Shown piece by piece: positions 46,481 through 55,624 of a DNA stretch of 64,000 nt. A model generated the notes under the pieces. That model ran no database searches and had not been told where the DNA came from. It saw only the letters and a program-made list of their open reading frames with translations. Source of the stretch: Nitrospirota bacterium (GTDB lineage: Bacteria > JACPQY01); NCBI GenBank assembly GCA_016180645.1, contig JACPAV010000013.1:1-64000 (forward strand), read 5' to 3'. The first letter of the stretch is position 1. Each line of letters begins with the position of its first letter. A program made the position numbers and the translations under genes.

Positions 46481-48313
46481 CTGAGATTATCGGATTATCC
46501 ACATGTCACGCGATGGGTGGACGACGTTGCCCGGTTGACCCTGCCGGATCGCGTGGTTTGGTGCGACGGAACCGACGAGGAGCGGATCCGGTTGACGGCG
46601 CAAGCCGTGGCCGAGGGGGTACTGATTTCCCTGGATCAGAAACGTCTACCCGGCTGCACCCTCCACCGGTCCCATCCAAACGACGTCGCACGAAGCGAAC
46701 ACCTTACGTTCATCTGCACACCGACATCGGAACAGGCGGGGCCGACCAACAACTGGATGGCCCCCGAAGAGGCCTACGAAAAATGCGGCGCGATTCTCCG
46801 GGGCGCCATGAGGGGACGCACCATGTACGTGGTGCCGTATCTGATGGGTCCTCCCGGCTCGCCCTTCAGCAAAGTGGGAATCGAACTCACGGACAGTATC
46901 TACGTCGTTCTCAACATGCGGATCATGACCCGGATGGGGAGGATCGCGCTGGACGAACTGGGGGCCTCCGAAGCTTTTGTACGCGGGGTGCATTCTCTTG
47001 GCGATCTGGATCCGCAACGGCGAATGATCTGCCACTTCCCGCAGGACCGGACGATTTGGAGCGTAGGCTCCGGGTATGGAGGCAATGCGCTCCTGGGCAA
47101 GAAGTGCTTTGCGCTGCGTCTGGGGAGTTGGATGGCGCGAGAGGAAGGCTGGCTCGCGGAGCACATGCTCATCATGGGGCTTGAAGATCCGCGGGGGCAC
47201 ATCACCTATGTGGCCGGAGCGTTCCCGAGCGCGTGCGGGAAAACGAACTTTGCCATGATGCAGCCGAGCGGACGATTGGGCGGCTACAAGATCCACACCA
47301 TCGGCGACGATATCGCTTGGCTGCGGTTCGGTTCCGACGGGCGTCTGTGGGCCATCAATCCTGAAGCAGGATTTTTCGGCGTGGCGCCGGGGACAGGCAG
47401 GTCCACCAATCCCACCGCCTTGGAGATGGTATCGCGCAATACGATCTTCACCAACGTGGTGGCCACGCCCACGGGGACCGTCTGGTGGGAGGGAATGGAA
47501 CCCCTGCCGGTGGGAAACGGTTACTACGACTGGAAAGGCCACCCGTGGAATCCAGATCTGAAGACCCCCGGCGCGCATCCCAATGCGCGCTTTACCACCC
47601 CGATCACGCAGTGCGCCACCTACTCGCCCAAGTGGGAGGATCCGCAGGGCGTGCCGATCTCGGCCATCCTTTTCGGGGCACGGCGGTCGAATTGTGTGCC
47701 GCTCGTGATCGAGTCCTTCGATTGGGCCCATGGAGTCTATCTGGGAGCCACGCTTGCCTCGGAGACAACGGCGGCAGCCGAAGGGAAAACCGGCCAAATC
47801 CGGCGCGACCCCATGGCGATGCTGCCGTTTTGCGGCTACAACATGGCCGACTATTTCGCGCACTGGCTGAAGATGGGGAAGGGCCGTGACCGTGAGGGGA
47901 ACGGTCCTTCCGACCTTCTCGGCAGACAGGAAGTCGGCGATACGGGGAAGGGCCGCGCGAACATGCCGAGGATTTTCAGAGTGAACTGGTTTCGGAAAGA
48001 TGAGAACGGGCGATTCGTCTGGCCGGGATTCAGCGAGAACATCCGGGTGCTCAAATGGATCGTGGACCGATGCGAGGGAAGGGCCGACGCGATCGTTTCC
48101 CCTCTGGGGCGATTGCCGGCGCCGGGCGCCATTGATATCGAGGGGCTCCCATTGGCGAAGGACACGATGGAAAATCTCCTCGCGGTGGACCGGGCGGGAT
48201 GGACCGAGTTCGCCAACGCCGAACAGACATTCTTTGACCGCCTCGGATCCCGCATGCCCGCCGAACTACTTTCCCAAAGAACCTCCTTCCTGTCGCGCCT
48301 CCGGCCATCGTAG
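46481..48313 (+). CDS. pckG: GTP-dependent phosphoenolpyruvate carboxykinase; start CTG 46481 or GTG 46517
   Basis: GSGYGGNALLGKKC, FPSACGKTN, GDDIAW, NPEAGFFGVAPG, PMAMLPFCGY. Confidence 0.95.
   Translation: MRLSDYPHVTRWVDDVARLTLPDRVVWCDGTDEERIRLTAQAVAEGVLISLDQKRLPGCTLHRSHPNDVARSEHLTFICTPTSEQAGPTNNWMAPEEAYEKCGAILRGAMRGRTMYVVPYLMGPPGSPFSKVGIELTDSIYVVLNMRIMTRMGRIALDELGASEAFVRGVHSLGDLDPQRRMICHFPQDRTIWSVGSGYGGNALLGKKCFALRLGSWMAREEGWLAEHMLIMGLEDPRGHITYVAGAFPSACGKTNFAMMQPSGRLGGYKIHTIGDDIAWLRFGSDGRLWAINPEAGFFGVAPGTGRSTNPTALEMVSRNTIFTNVVATPTGTVWWEGMEPLPVGNGYYDWKGHPWNPDLKTPGAHPNARFTTPITQCATYSPKWEDPQGVPISAILFGARRSNCVPLVIESFDWAHGVYLGATLASETTAAAEGKTGQIRRDPMAMLPFCGYNMADYFAHWLKMGKGRDREGNGPSDLLGRQEVGDTGKGRANMPRIFRVNWFRKDENGRFVWPGFSENIRVLKWIVDRCEGRADAIVSPLGRLPAPGAIDIEGLPLAKDTMENLLAVDRAGWTEFANAEQTFFDRLGSRMPAELLSQRTSFLSRLRPS
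47887..47955 (+). mobile_element. 69-nt in-frame insertion (family D) in pckG
   Basis: 12-bp direct repeat GGGGAAGGGCCG at 47875 and 47944; two hairpins with GGA-containing loops. Confidence 0.75.
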
Positions 48314-48320
48314 CGTCAAG

Positions 48321-48365
48321 GGGGCCAATGCTGAATGTTGAATGTCAACATTCAGCATTGGCCCC
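48321..48365. terminator. Hairpin between convergent genes
   Basis: Perfect 21-bp stem with a 3-nt loop. Confidence 0.75.
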
Positions 48366-49769
48366 TTATGACTTTGGGTGGGAGGGAAAGCGGGCGGGCA
48401 TGGAGGAACGGAGCTCGGTCATCAGATCGGTGGTGATGACACGCAAGCCGCGGGAGCGGGCGGCAGATTCGACGGCGTTGCGGACGATGCCGCGAGCGAA
48501 AAAGGGGACGTGATCGAGGCGGGCGAGGGCTTCGGGGGTCCATTGGACAGCGTCACCCCCACCCTGACTCTCCCCCTTCAAGGGGGAGGGGGATGTTGTT
48601 TCTCCGTGAATTGATGTCGTCGCTCCATAGAAACGATCGGTGGCGAGTGAGATCGTTTGGCCGCCGTGCGTGCCGGGCTGGTAGACGCACGAGGGGTCTT
48701 CCGCCAGGATATCGCCGGTCGCTGCGAAGGCTCGACATCGGCAGCCGCCGCAGAACTCGGTGAATTCGCATGAGCCGCAGCGGCCGCCGGGGCGTTCAGT
48801 CCGAAAGCGCGCGAGGAGTTCGGAGGAATTCCAAATCTGCCCGAAGGGTTGCTGTCGCACGTTACCGGCCGATACCGGCATGTACGGGCAGGGCGTGACA
48901 TCTCCGGTCGGTCCAATTCGACAGTAGTAGGTTCCCGCGGGGCATCCACCCCCCCGGAACGTGCGGACGAAGGGCGAATCCTGATTCCGCTCCCACAGCA
49001 CGCGCCGGTAGTGAGGCGCGCACTTCGCATTGATCAGAAGTGATCCTGCGTGAATCTCCTGCAAACGGGCCAGCTCGCCGAATGCCTCCTCATACTCCTC
49101 TGGGGAGAGGTCGCCCAGTGCAGCGCCTCGACCGGTTGGAACAAGAAAAAATGCGTTCAGCGCCGTGGCGCCTTGTTTCAGACAGAAGTCGGCCAGCGCT
49201 GAAAGCTCGCCGACGTTCGCGCGTGTCAGAGTGGTCTCGATGAGAAAAGGCAGTCCTTCAGCCCGCATCACTTCCACGCCGGCCATCGTATTCTCCCACG
49301 CCTTGGGAATTCCCCGAAACCGGTTGTGCTTCCGGGGATCGAGCGAGTCGACGCTCACGCCGACACCTTTCAGTCCGGATTGGACCAGTCGTCGGGCGAC
49401 GTCACGGTCCATCAGGCCGCCATGACTCCCCAGGACCGGCCAGAAGCCGATGGCGGCCGCTTCACGGATCAGATCGAAGATGTCTTTTCGGAGGAGCGGT
49501 TCACCGCCCGTGAGGATCAGAAAGGCTTCGGGATTGAGCTCGGCCAGTTGCGAGAGGACGTCCCGGCACTCCTCCGTGGTGAGTTCGTCGGCACCCGATT
49601 CCTTCCCGGTGGCGTCGATGTAGCAGTGGACGCAGGCGAGATTGCACCGGCGCGTGAGATTCCAGGAGACGGTGAGCGGAAGGAACGGCGGCGACGTGAC
49701 GCTACTCAGGATTCTCGGTCCCTGGGTCTTCGCTTCGGCGGGGCAATTCTCCGATCCCCGAAGTCTCAC
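48366..49769 (-). CDS. Radical SAM/SPASM protein (NirJ/AhbD-like) with a C-terminal PCP_red-like domain; start uncertain
   Basis: WNLTRRCNLACVHC, CAPHY, GCPAG..TPCPY..CGSC..CGGCRCRA..DPSC, WTPEA..L..VP.F.R. Confidence 0.88.
   Translation of the reverse strand: MRLRGSENCPAEAKTQGPRILSSVTSPPFLPLTVSWNLTRRCNLACVHCYIDATGKESGADELTTEECRDVLSQLAELNPEAFLILTGGEPLLRKDIFDLIREAAAIGFWPVLGSHGGLMDRDVARRLVQSGLKGVGVSVDSLDPRKHNRFRGIPKAWENTMAGVEVMRAEGLPFLIETTLTRANVGELSALADFCLKQGATALNAFFLVPTGRGAALGDLSPEEYEEAFGELARLQEIHAGSLLINAKCAPHYRRVLWERNQDSPFVRTFRGGGCPAGTYYCRIGPTGDVTPCPYMPVSAGNVRQQPFGQIWNSSELLARFRTERPGGRCGSCEFTEFCGGCRCRAFAATGDILAEDPSCVYQPGTHGGQTISLATDRFYGATTSIHGETTSPSPLKGESQGGGDAVQWTPEALARLDHVPFFARGIVRNAVESAARSRGLRVITTDLMTELRSSMPARFPSHPKS
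48553..48592. repeat. CCCCTCCCCC-family palindromic repeat, in frame in the radical SAM linker
   Basis: Inverted relative of 44492-44538; encodes SPSPLKGESQGGGD. Confidence 0.7.
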
Positions 49770-51648
49770 CCGTGCTGAGACCGGGGAGGCGGCGCTCCAC
49801 CCGTTTCAGGTCATCTGCAATGTTGTCCAGCGCGGCCTTAACCACCTCGAAGGTCACGTGCTTGATGCCGGTCTTCTCGGCGTGGCTTTCCACGGCCTCC
49901 TTGATCCGTTTCCGAAGGAATCCCTCCGGGTAGGCCTTGATCGCCTCGAACGCATCATCGGTCCACTTGCACTGGTACCCGCCGAGCAGATCCCCGAACC
50001 CTTCCTCCCTGAACATCTCCTCAACAAACTCTTTAGGTATGATGGATAACTCTCTGATTCTTGCATTTTTCTCTATGCGAGCGCGGAGTCGGCGCTTGGT
50101 GTACCCCTGCGGGGCCTTCGCGAGGGTATTCCATGCTTCATAGGACCATCGCATCCGGGCGCCGTCAAAGGTTTCCTCCACCTGCGGTTCACCCTGGCCC
50201 AGGGCGAGTGCTTCCAGTGCCTCCTTGTCCAGCGGACCGAACTCCTTCGCGGAACAGACGGGGCATTGAACGGGAGATTCCATTTTCGACACGTATCCGC
50301 AGTTCGCGCAGACTTGGAGGCTGACCTTGCCTGTGGCGACGGCTTGGTAGACCATCTTGACCGCTGCATCCGCCAGCATCCGGGCCGCCTGTTCCGGAAA
50401 CATCTGTCCCATCGCCTTGTTGATGACGCTGTCCGTAATGACCGTGTGGCCCATTTCGAAAGCGTATCGGGCCACCACCATGCGGATCAGGTTCCGGCGC
50501 ATTTCAGGCACACGCTCGAGCCGCTTTTCGGCCTCCGGCGACCACGTGAGGTACTGTTTGGTGCGCAGGTCCAGCGGCGGAAGGTATTTCTGCGTGCTCA
50601 CGAAGACGTTGCAGGGGGCCATCCGCAGAAGGTTTTCCGTATTGTTCCCGATGTCGAGATCCTCTCCGCCGTGGTAGCCGACCTTGCCCAGAACGAGGAG
50701 CCAGGGATTGGACTCTTTCGCGTATTTCAGAATTTTCGGGTAAGCCTTGCCGTCGAGGAGCGTGGTTTTGAGCGTCACGCCCTTTTCCTGGGCGACCTCC
50801 TTCGCCACCTGGAGATGCGTTTGATAGATCCGTCCCAGCCCGGTGTCGATGATTTCTTCATGGAGTTTTTCCTGTTCCTTGAAACGGAAGACCTTCGCGC
50901 CTTCTTCCGACAGGACCTTGGAAATCATGTGGAAGAGAACGTAGTGAAGATAGGGATCGTACACCGCGACGGCCTCGACTTCCTTGTTGAACACCTCGGC
51001 GAGTTTGAAGGCGGTCAGGAGTGCCGCGAAAGAATGAGGAGAACCGTCGATGCCGACGAGGATTCGACGCCCATGGCCGTTGGCATGCGCGCCTTCCCGC
51101 GTCGCTTCGCTCCCGGGACGGCGAAAGGATTCGTTATCCGGAATGACGCCGCCTCCCTCCGTTTCCCGCACGAGGAGGAGATCCGCCTGAGTCCGCCGCG
51201 CGACGCGTTCGCACACGCTTCCGATCATGCTGTCCTTCGTGGCGCCCATGCCGAGCGTGCCCATGACAACGAGGTCGTATTGACTCTCGCGGATGTCCTT
51301 GACGAGGGAGCGCCAGTGCAGTCCGTCGATGATCTTGCCCGAGTAGGGCACCGATTCCTTCTCACACAGGAGCTTGACTTGGTCGAGGTAGGAATCGGAG
51401 ATGAGCCGGAGGCCCATGGTGATGAGCGTGTCGTGCAATTTCCTCTGCCGCTCCATCTCCTTCTCGTTCAGGAACTCCTCCGGCAAGGTGTATTCCATCT
51501 GGCGGAAGCGGACATCATGCAGGGCGGCGGCATAAACGTGAGAACCGACCACCGTGGCGCCGGTACCCTTGGCGATCCGAACCGCCATGTGCGCGGCGGC
51601 CATCGAATGGTCGCTCTGGTCGTGAGGAACGCAGATATTACGCCACAT
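49702..51648 (-). CDS. Tandem universal-stress-protein domains + PCP_red-like repeats + rubredoxin-like CxxC/CxxC
   Basis: Two USP motifs (VMGTLG..IGSV, VLGKVG..IGN), three W(S/T)xxA helices, CANC..CPVC. Confidence 0.85.
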   Translation of the reverse strand: MWRNICVPHDQSDHSMAAAHMAVRIAKGTGATVVGSHVYAAALHDVRFRQMEYTLPEEFLNEKEMERQRKLHDTLITMGLRLISDSYLDQVKLLCEKESVPYSGKIIDGLHWRSLVKDIRESQYDLVVMGTLGMGATKDSMIGSVCERVARRTQADLLLVRETEGGGVIPDNESFRRPGSEATREGAHANGHGRRILVGIDGSPHSFAALLTAFKLAEVFNKEVEAVAVYDPYLHYVLFHMISKVLSEEGAKVFRFKEQEKLHEEIIDTGLGRIYQTHLQVAKEVAQEKGVTLKTTLLDGKAYPKILKYAKESNPWLLVLGKVGYHGGEDLDIGNNTENLLRMAPCNVFVSTQKYLPPLDLRTKQYLTWSPEAEKRLERVPEMRRNLIRMVVARYAFEMGHTVITDSVINKAMGQMFPEQAARMLADAAVKMVYQAVATGKVSLQVCANCGYVSKMESPVQCPVCSAKEFGPLDKEALEALALGQGEPQVEETFDGARMRWSYEAWNTLAKAPQGYTKRRLRARIEKNARIRELSIIPKEFVEEMFREEGFGDLLGGYQCKWTDDAFEAIKAYPEGFLRKRIKEAVESHAEKTGIKHVTFEVVKAALDNIADDLKRVERRLPGLSTGETSGIGELPRRSEDPGTENPE

Positions 51649-51757
51649 CGGCTGTGAACCTCTCAGGCGCAGGGATCGATAGAGACTTCGCGAGTCCAGT
51701 TAACACGTCGCCGATCACCATGATGAAAGACGGGTCGTGAGGGGGGGTCCCCAACGC

Positions 51758-52471
51758 CTATTTTTTCCCCAAGGAGAAGTCGGCCATGACTGTCTTTCCG
51801 CCATCCACGGTTACCTCTTTTATGGCCTTGCCGAGTTTCTCGTGCCAGACCTCCACGGAGTACTTTCCCGGGGGAACGTCGGGTAGCGCGAAGGAGCCGG
51901 AGGGGTCCGTGACAGCGTAGTAGGGATGCTCCACCACTTGCAGCCAGCCGTGCATCCATTCATGGGCGTCGCAACGCACCTCGATCGTTTCCGCTTCGGC
52001 GAAGTTCGAGCCCTCCACCGTCATCTGTTTCTTGAACTTGGGCATGGCCTTGTTGAAAGACGGATTCTTCGCGGCGAAGGTATGAACGTTGTGAAGAATG
52101 CCGTCCGAATTCAGAATGTCGAGCGGCGCGCCCTTGGGCACGAGCACGACGTGTGGTGTGTATTCGCACGCTTTCTGGTCCAGCGCCTGCTTCGGGAGCG
52201 CCATTTTCTTTCCCTTGTCGATGTTGACGATGCGGACCACGGCGTTCTGAAGCCCGCCGTCCTTCGTAGCCAGCACATCCGGGGCCGTCTTTTCCTTGCC
52301 ACAGACCTCCTGGTCCTTGCTGGTCGCAATCTTCTTCGCCGCCGGGACCGGACCTGAGATTTTGACTTTCCCCGAGATCGCCCCACCGCCGGAGACCGCT
52401 ATCTCCTGATAGGCGAGAGCCGGGGACATGATGCACGCCGACAAGATCAGTGCCGCTAACCATCTGCTCAT
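51758..52471 (-). CDS. Exported cupredoxin-like protein with a carboxypeptidase-regulatory-like domain
   Basis: Signal peptide; HNVH..CDAHEWM. Confidence 0.75.
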   Translation of the reverse strand: MSRWLAALILSACIMSPALAYQEIAVSGGGAISGKVKISGPVPAAKKIATSKDQEVCGKEKTAPDVLATKDGGLQNAVVRIVNIDKGKKMALPKQALDQKACEYTPHVVLVPKGAPLDILNSDGILHNVHTFAAKNPSFNKAMPKFKKQMTVEGSNFAEAETIEVRCDAHEWMHGWLQVVEHPYYAVTDPSGSFALPDVPPGKYSVEVWHEKLGKAIKEVTVDGGKTVMADFSLGKK

Positions 52472-52529
52472 TGGAACCTCCTTAGCCTCTCTGATGACGC
52501 CTGAAAATTAGTTCCGAATTTCGGTGGTG

Positions 52530-54827
52530 TCAACCCCTTGTCCGCTTGGCCACCCAAACTTCCGCCGCGAGGGCGAGGAGCCCGAACAACACGGAATAGG
52601 CATACGACTTTTTCGACGGCTTCTCTTTCAACATCAGGTGGTACCATGCGGAGAGGGAACATTTCCCTTCCGTTTCCCCCTGGGATCCATCCCACGTGAG
52701 GAACCCGACCGGAATGTACTCGCCGGAGGGAAAATCAAGATCTATCTCGTCATCGGATTGGAGTGGACGGGTGAACACGACCTTGTAGCGTCCGTTCAGG
52801 TAGGACTGACTGCCCGTCACGTCCTGTTTCTCCTGCTTGACCCACGTCCCCACACCGTTGGCCGTGTATTCGCCGATCTCTTTCGATTCGGAGTCCCACG
52901 ACCAGAGGTTCACCGCCTTCTGCGGGTCACCCATCACGAAATGGGGCTTCTCCATTCCTTTCATCAACGTCTCCGGGAATTGGAGTGCCGCGCGGTCCGC
53001 GAAGACGGGTGCGGGAGGCGCGGGCGGCGCCGACGAATCCGTGCCGGGTTTGGGCTCGATCGGCGTCTTGGGATCGCTCAGGGTAGGATCGTGCCACTCC
53101 AGGAGAAAAGCGATCGACTTGCCGTCATGGAAAGCCTTCACGGACACGGAGTCGTTGGCCGGCTTGGTGTTTCTCGGCGGGATCACCATTTGGCCGAGGA
53201 GGGGAAAGCGCGAGTACGTCACTTTGTCCCACTGGGGATCATCGAGGGTCGTCGGCAATTGGGTCGAAAACTCCGCCAGGAGCAAAGTCGCCGGTTTGGA
53301 CTTCGGCTCCATGGACAACGTTTCCACATAACGAGCCACATCCCATAGATCCTCCGGTTTCTCGACGGATTCGGCGAAGGCCGGCATGGGGGTGCCCTGA
53401 ATGCCGGTATAGAGAGTGGTGAAGATGCTCTGGGCGGAGTGGCCCCGGCGGAAATTCCAAGGCTTGGAAAGATTCGCCGGGGAGATCCGCTCGCCCCAGT
53501 CATCCTTCAAATCTTTCGCCGAGGGGCCATCCGCGAGTCCCTCCCGGCCGTGGCACTTCCAGCACTCGATATCCTCGTAGAGCTGCTTGCCGCGGGTGAG
53601 GCTTTCGGGCGTCGAGGGTGTTTCGGCAACCACCGGAATCGCCTCGGGCTTGGAATCGGAGAAACGGGGCGAGAAGGCCTTGATGTAGGCGACCAGATCT
53701 TTCATCTGTTTCTCGGTGAGCGAGTCCCTCCAGCCGGGCATGGTGGTGCCGGCCAGACCTTTCGCGATGGCGAGAAAGAGATCTTCATCCGAAGGAACCA
53801 TGCCTTCTTTGGTGTGCCTGATTTTGTACAGGCCGCGGGTGAAATCGCGCGCGACGGGGTAAATGAACTCTCGGGCGGGGCCGTGTCCGTCGCCATTCAC
53901 GCCGTGGCATCCCGAGCACTTGCGATCGTACAGGATCTTGACCTCCGAATCGGCCGCCGAGGCGGGCGCAGCCGGCTCTGCCGGAGTCGGTTCGGCGTAA
54001 GCGCTCTTCATGCCGAAGGATTTGTACATGGCGTGACGTCGCGATCGCGCATCGCCGCCGGAAGCATGCTCGTGCTCTGCCGCCTCCCAAGTCCGCGGTT
54101 GGTATCCGGACGCATCGTAGATGAAGAGGATGGCTTTCCAAATCTCGTCCTCGGTGAGTGTGTCCTCCCATGCGGGCATGGCCGAGTTCCAGGGTTTGCC
54201 GCCGCTCGGGAGTCCGCGCCAACCCAGCGAAACGCGCCAGAAGACGAACGACTCCTGGAGCTGGGCGATCGTGCCGGCGTCGCGGAAGTTGGCCGGGATG
54301 GGGTTCAGCGCGCCCGCGAACGGTCCGTTTCCATCGAGATTGTCGCCGTGGCAGTAGAAGCAATTCTTGAAATAGATCTCCTGTCCTTCGGTGATGTGTT
54401 TGGGCAGGTTTTCCTTGTCCTCGCGCAGGGGATTGGCCAGGCCCTGGATATTGAACGGTCGGCCCTTGAAGGTGATTTCGAGCGGCGGCTCAGGATGAAT
54501 GGTCCGCGATTCGGCGGGTGGGAGGTATTGGGGCGTGAGTTTCTGGAAGACGAAGGTGCCTGCGCCCAAGGGAAAGAGAATGAATAGCACAAGGCGGACC
54601 GCCTTGAGGGCGGCGGTCCGCCCGGACAGTGTGTCCAGGATCGGCGTGTAGAAGCGTTTGAACCGTTCCTCATCGGAGGACACGTAGAGCAGAAGGGCCG
54701 CGAAGAGGAGCGCGCGGTACATGTTCATCACGAAACCTGGAATCGGCGGCCGGACGAGACCGAGGGCGAAGAGAGCCAGCGCGTAGATCAGGGCGAATTG
54801 AAGGAGGGGAGATTTCAGAAGTTTCAT
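52530..54827 (-). CDS. Membrane-anchored triheme cytochrome c fused to an ethylbenzene-dehydrogenase-gamma/DOMON-like heme domain
   Basis: CFYCH, CSGCH, CWKCH; DRAALQFP..MGD..WDGS..GK; TM segments at both ends. Confidence 0.85.
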   Translation of the reverse strand: MKLLKSPLLQFALIYALALFALGLVRPPIPGFVMNMYRALLFAALLLYVSSDEERFKRFYTPILDTLSGRTAALKAVRLVLFILFPLGAGTFVFQKLTPQYLPPAESRTIHPEPPLEITFKGRPFNIQGLANPLREDKENLPKHITEGQEIYFKNCFYCHGDNLDGNGPFAGALNPIPANFRDAGTIAQLQESFVFWRVSLGWRGLPSGGKPWNSAMPAWEDTLTEDEIWKAILFIYDASGYQPRTWEAAEHEHASGGDARSRRHAMYKSFGMKSAYAEPTPAEPAAPASAADSEVKILYDRKCSGCHGVNGDGHGPAREFIYPVARDFTRGLYKIRHTKEGMVPSDEDLFLAIAKGLAGTTMPGWRDSLTEKQMKDLVAYIKAFSPRFSDSKPEAIPVVAETPSTPESLTRGKQLYEDIECWKCHGREGLADGPSAKDLKDDWGERISPANLSKPWNFRRGHSAQSIFTTLYTGIQGTPMPAFAESVEKPEDLWDVARYVETLSMEPKSKPATLLLAEFSTQLPTTLDDPQWDKVTYSRFPLLGQMVIPPRNTKPANDSVSVKAFHDGKSIAFLLEWHDPTLSDPKTPIEPKPGTDSSAPPAPPAPVFADRAALQFPETLMKGMEKPHFVMGDPQKAVNLWSWDSESKEIGEYTANGVGTWVKQEKQDVTGSQSYLNGRYKVVFTRPLQSDDEIDLDFPSGEYIPVGFLTWDGSQGETEGKCSLSAWYHLMLKEKPSKKSYAYSVLFGLLALAAEVWVAKRTRG

Positions 54828-55615
54828 CTGAGGGTCATCAGGAAGGCCACGATGTCATCGATCTCTGCCGGCGTGAGACGGGTTGCGAAATCGGGCGGCA
54901 TGACGCTTGGAGGATATCCAACCGCGATCTCGGCGTTCGGTTCCAGGATCGATTTATGGATGAATTCCTCTCCCTTCGCCGAGATCTTGCTGAGATCCGG
55001 TCCGAGCACCGCGGCGGCATTTGGATTTCCGGGCACGATGTGGCAAGCGCCGCATGCGGCCTTGGTGAGGAATAGCTGCTTCCCGCGTTCTTCAGGAGTG
55101 AGGGGGGTGAGGTCGACCGGCTTTTCTTCCTTGGCCGCTGCGCGGAGAAGGGTCTTGAGGTGTTCCATGTCGCATCCCGGTTGGGCGCCGAGGCTCTCCA
55201 TGTAGTTGACCACGGCCCACATCTCGAACTCATTGAGCATGGCCGGCGGCTTGTTCGCGGGCGGCATGATGGGGGGAAAACCTTCGACCACGAAGGCCTG
55301 GGGTTCGGCAAGGGACTGATACAGATATTCCGAGGCTGTCTTGCCCGGGATTCGCTTGGCCGCGCGCACCCCGATGCCCGAGTAGGCCGGACCGCGGCCG
55401 TCCGGTGGATCGATGGTGTGGCAGACCAGGCATTGTCCTTTTCCCGTAAGCGTTTTCTTCCCGGCCTCGATCACCTGGGCGCACGTCAGCGTATCGGGAT
55501 TGAGCTTGATCTCCTCCGGTGGGAGGGATTCGCTCTGGGGGATTTTCGTGACGAACCAGGCATAGAAACCGGTCACGGCGACGACGAAAAGCAGGATGCG
55601 TCCGATCACCTTCAT
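54824..55615 (-). CDS. Diheme cytochrome c, membrane-anchored
   Basis: CLVCH and CGACH, each followed by a downstream MP. Confidence 0.9.
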   Translation of the reverse strand: MKVIGRILLFVVAVTGFYAWFVTKIPQSESLPPEEIKLNPDTLTCAQVIEAGKKTLTGKGQCLVCHTIDPPDGRGPAYSGIGVRAAKRIPGKTASEYLYQSLAEPQAFVVEGFPPIMPPANKPPAMLNEFEMWAVVNYMESLGAQPGCDMEHLKTLLRAAAKEEKPVDLTPLTPEERGKQLFLTKAACGACHIVPGNPNAAAVLGPDLSKISAKGEEFIHKSILEPNAEIAVGYPPSVMPPDFATRLTPAEIDDIVAFLMTLR

Positions 55616-55624
55616 GCGGTCACC

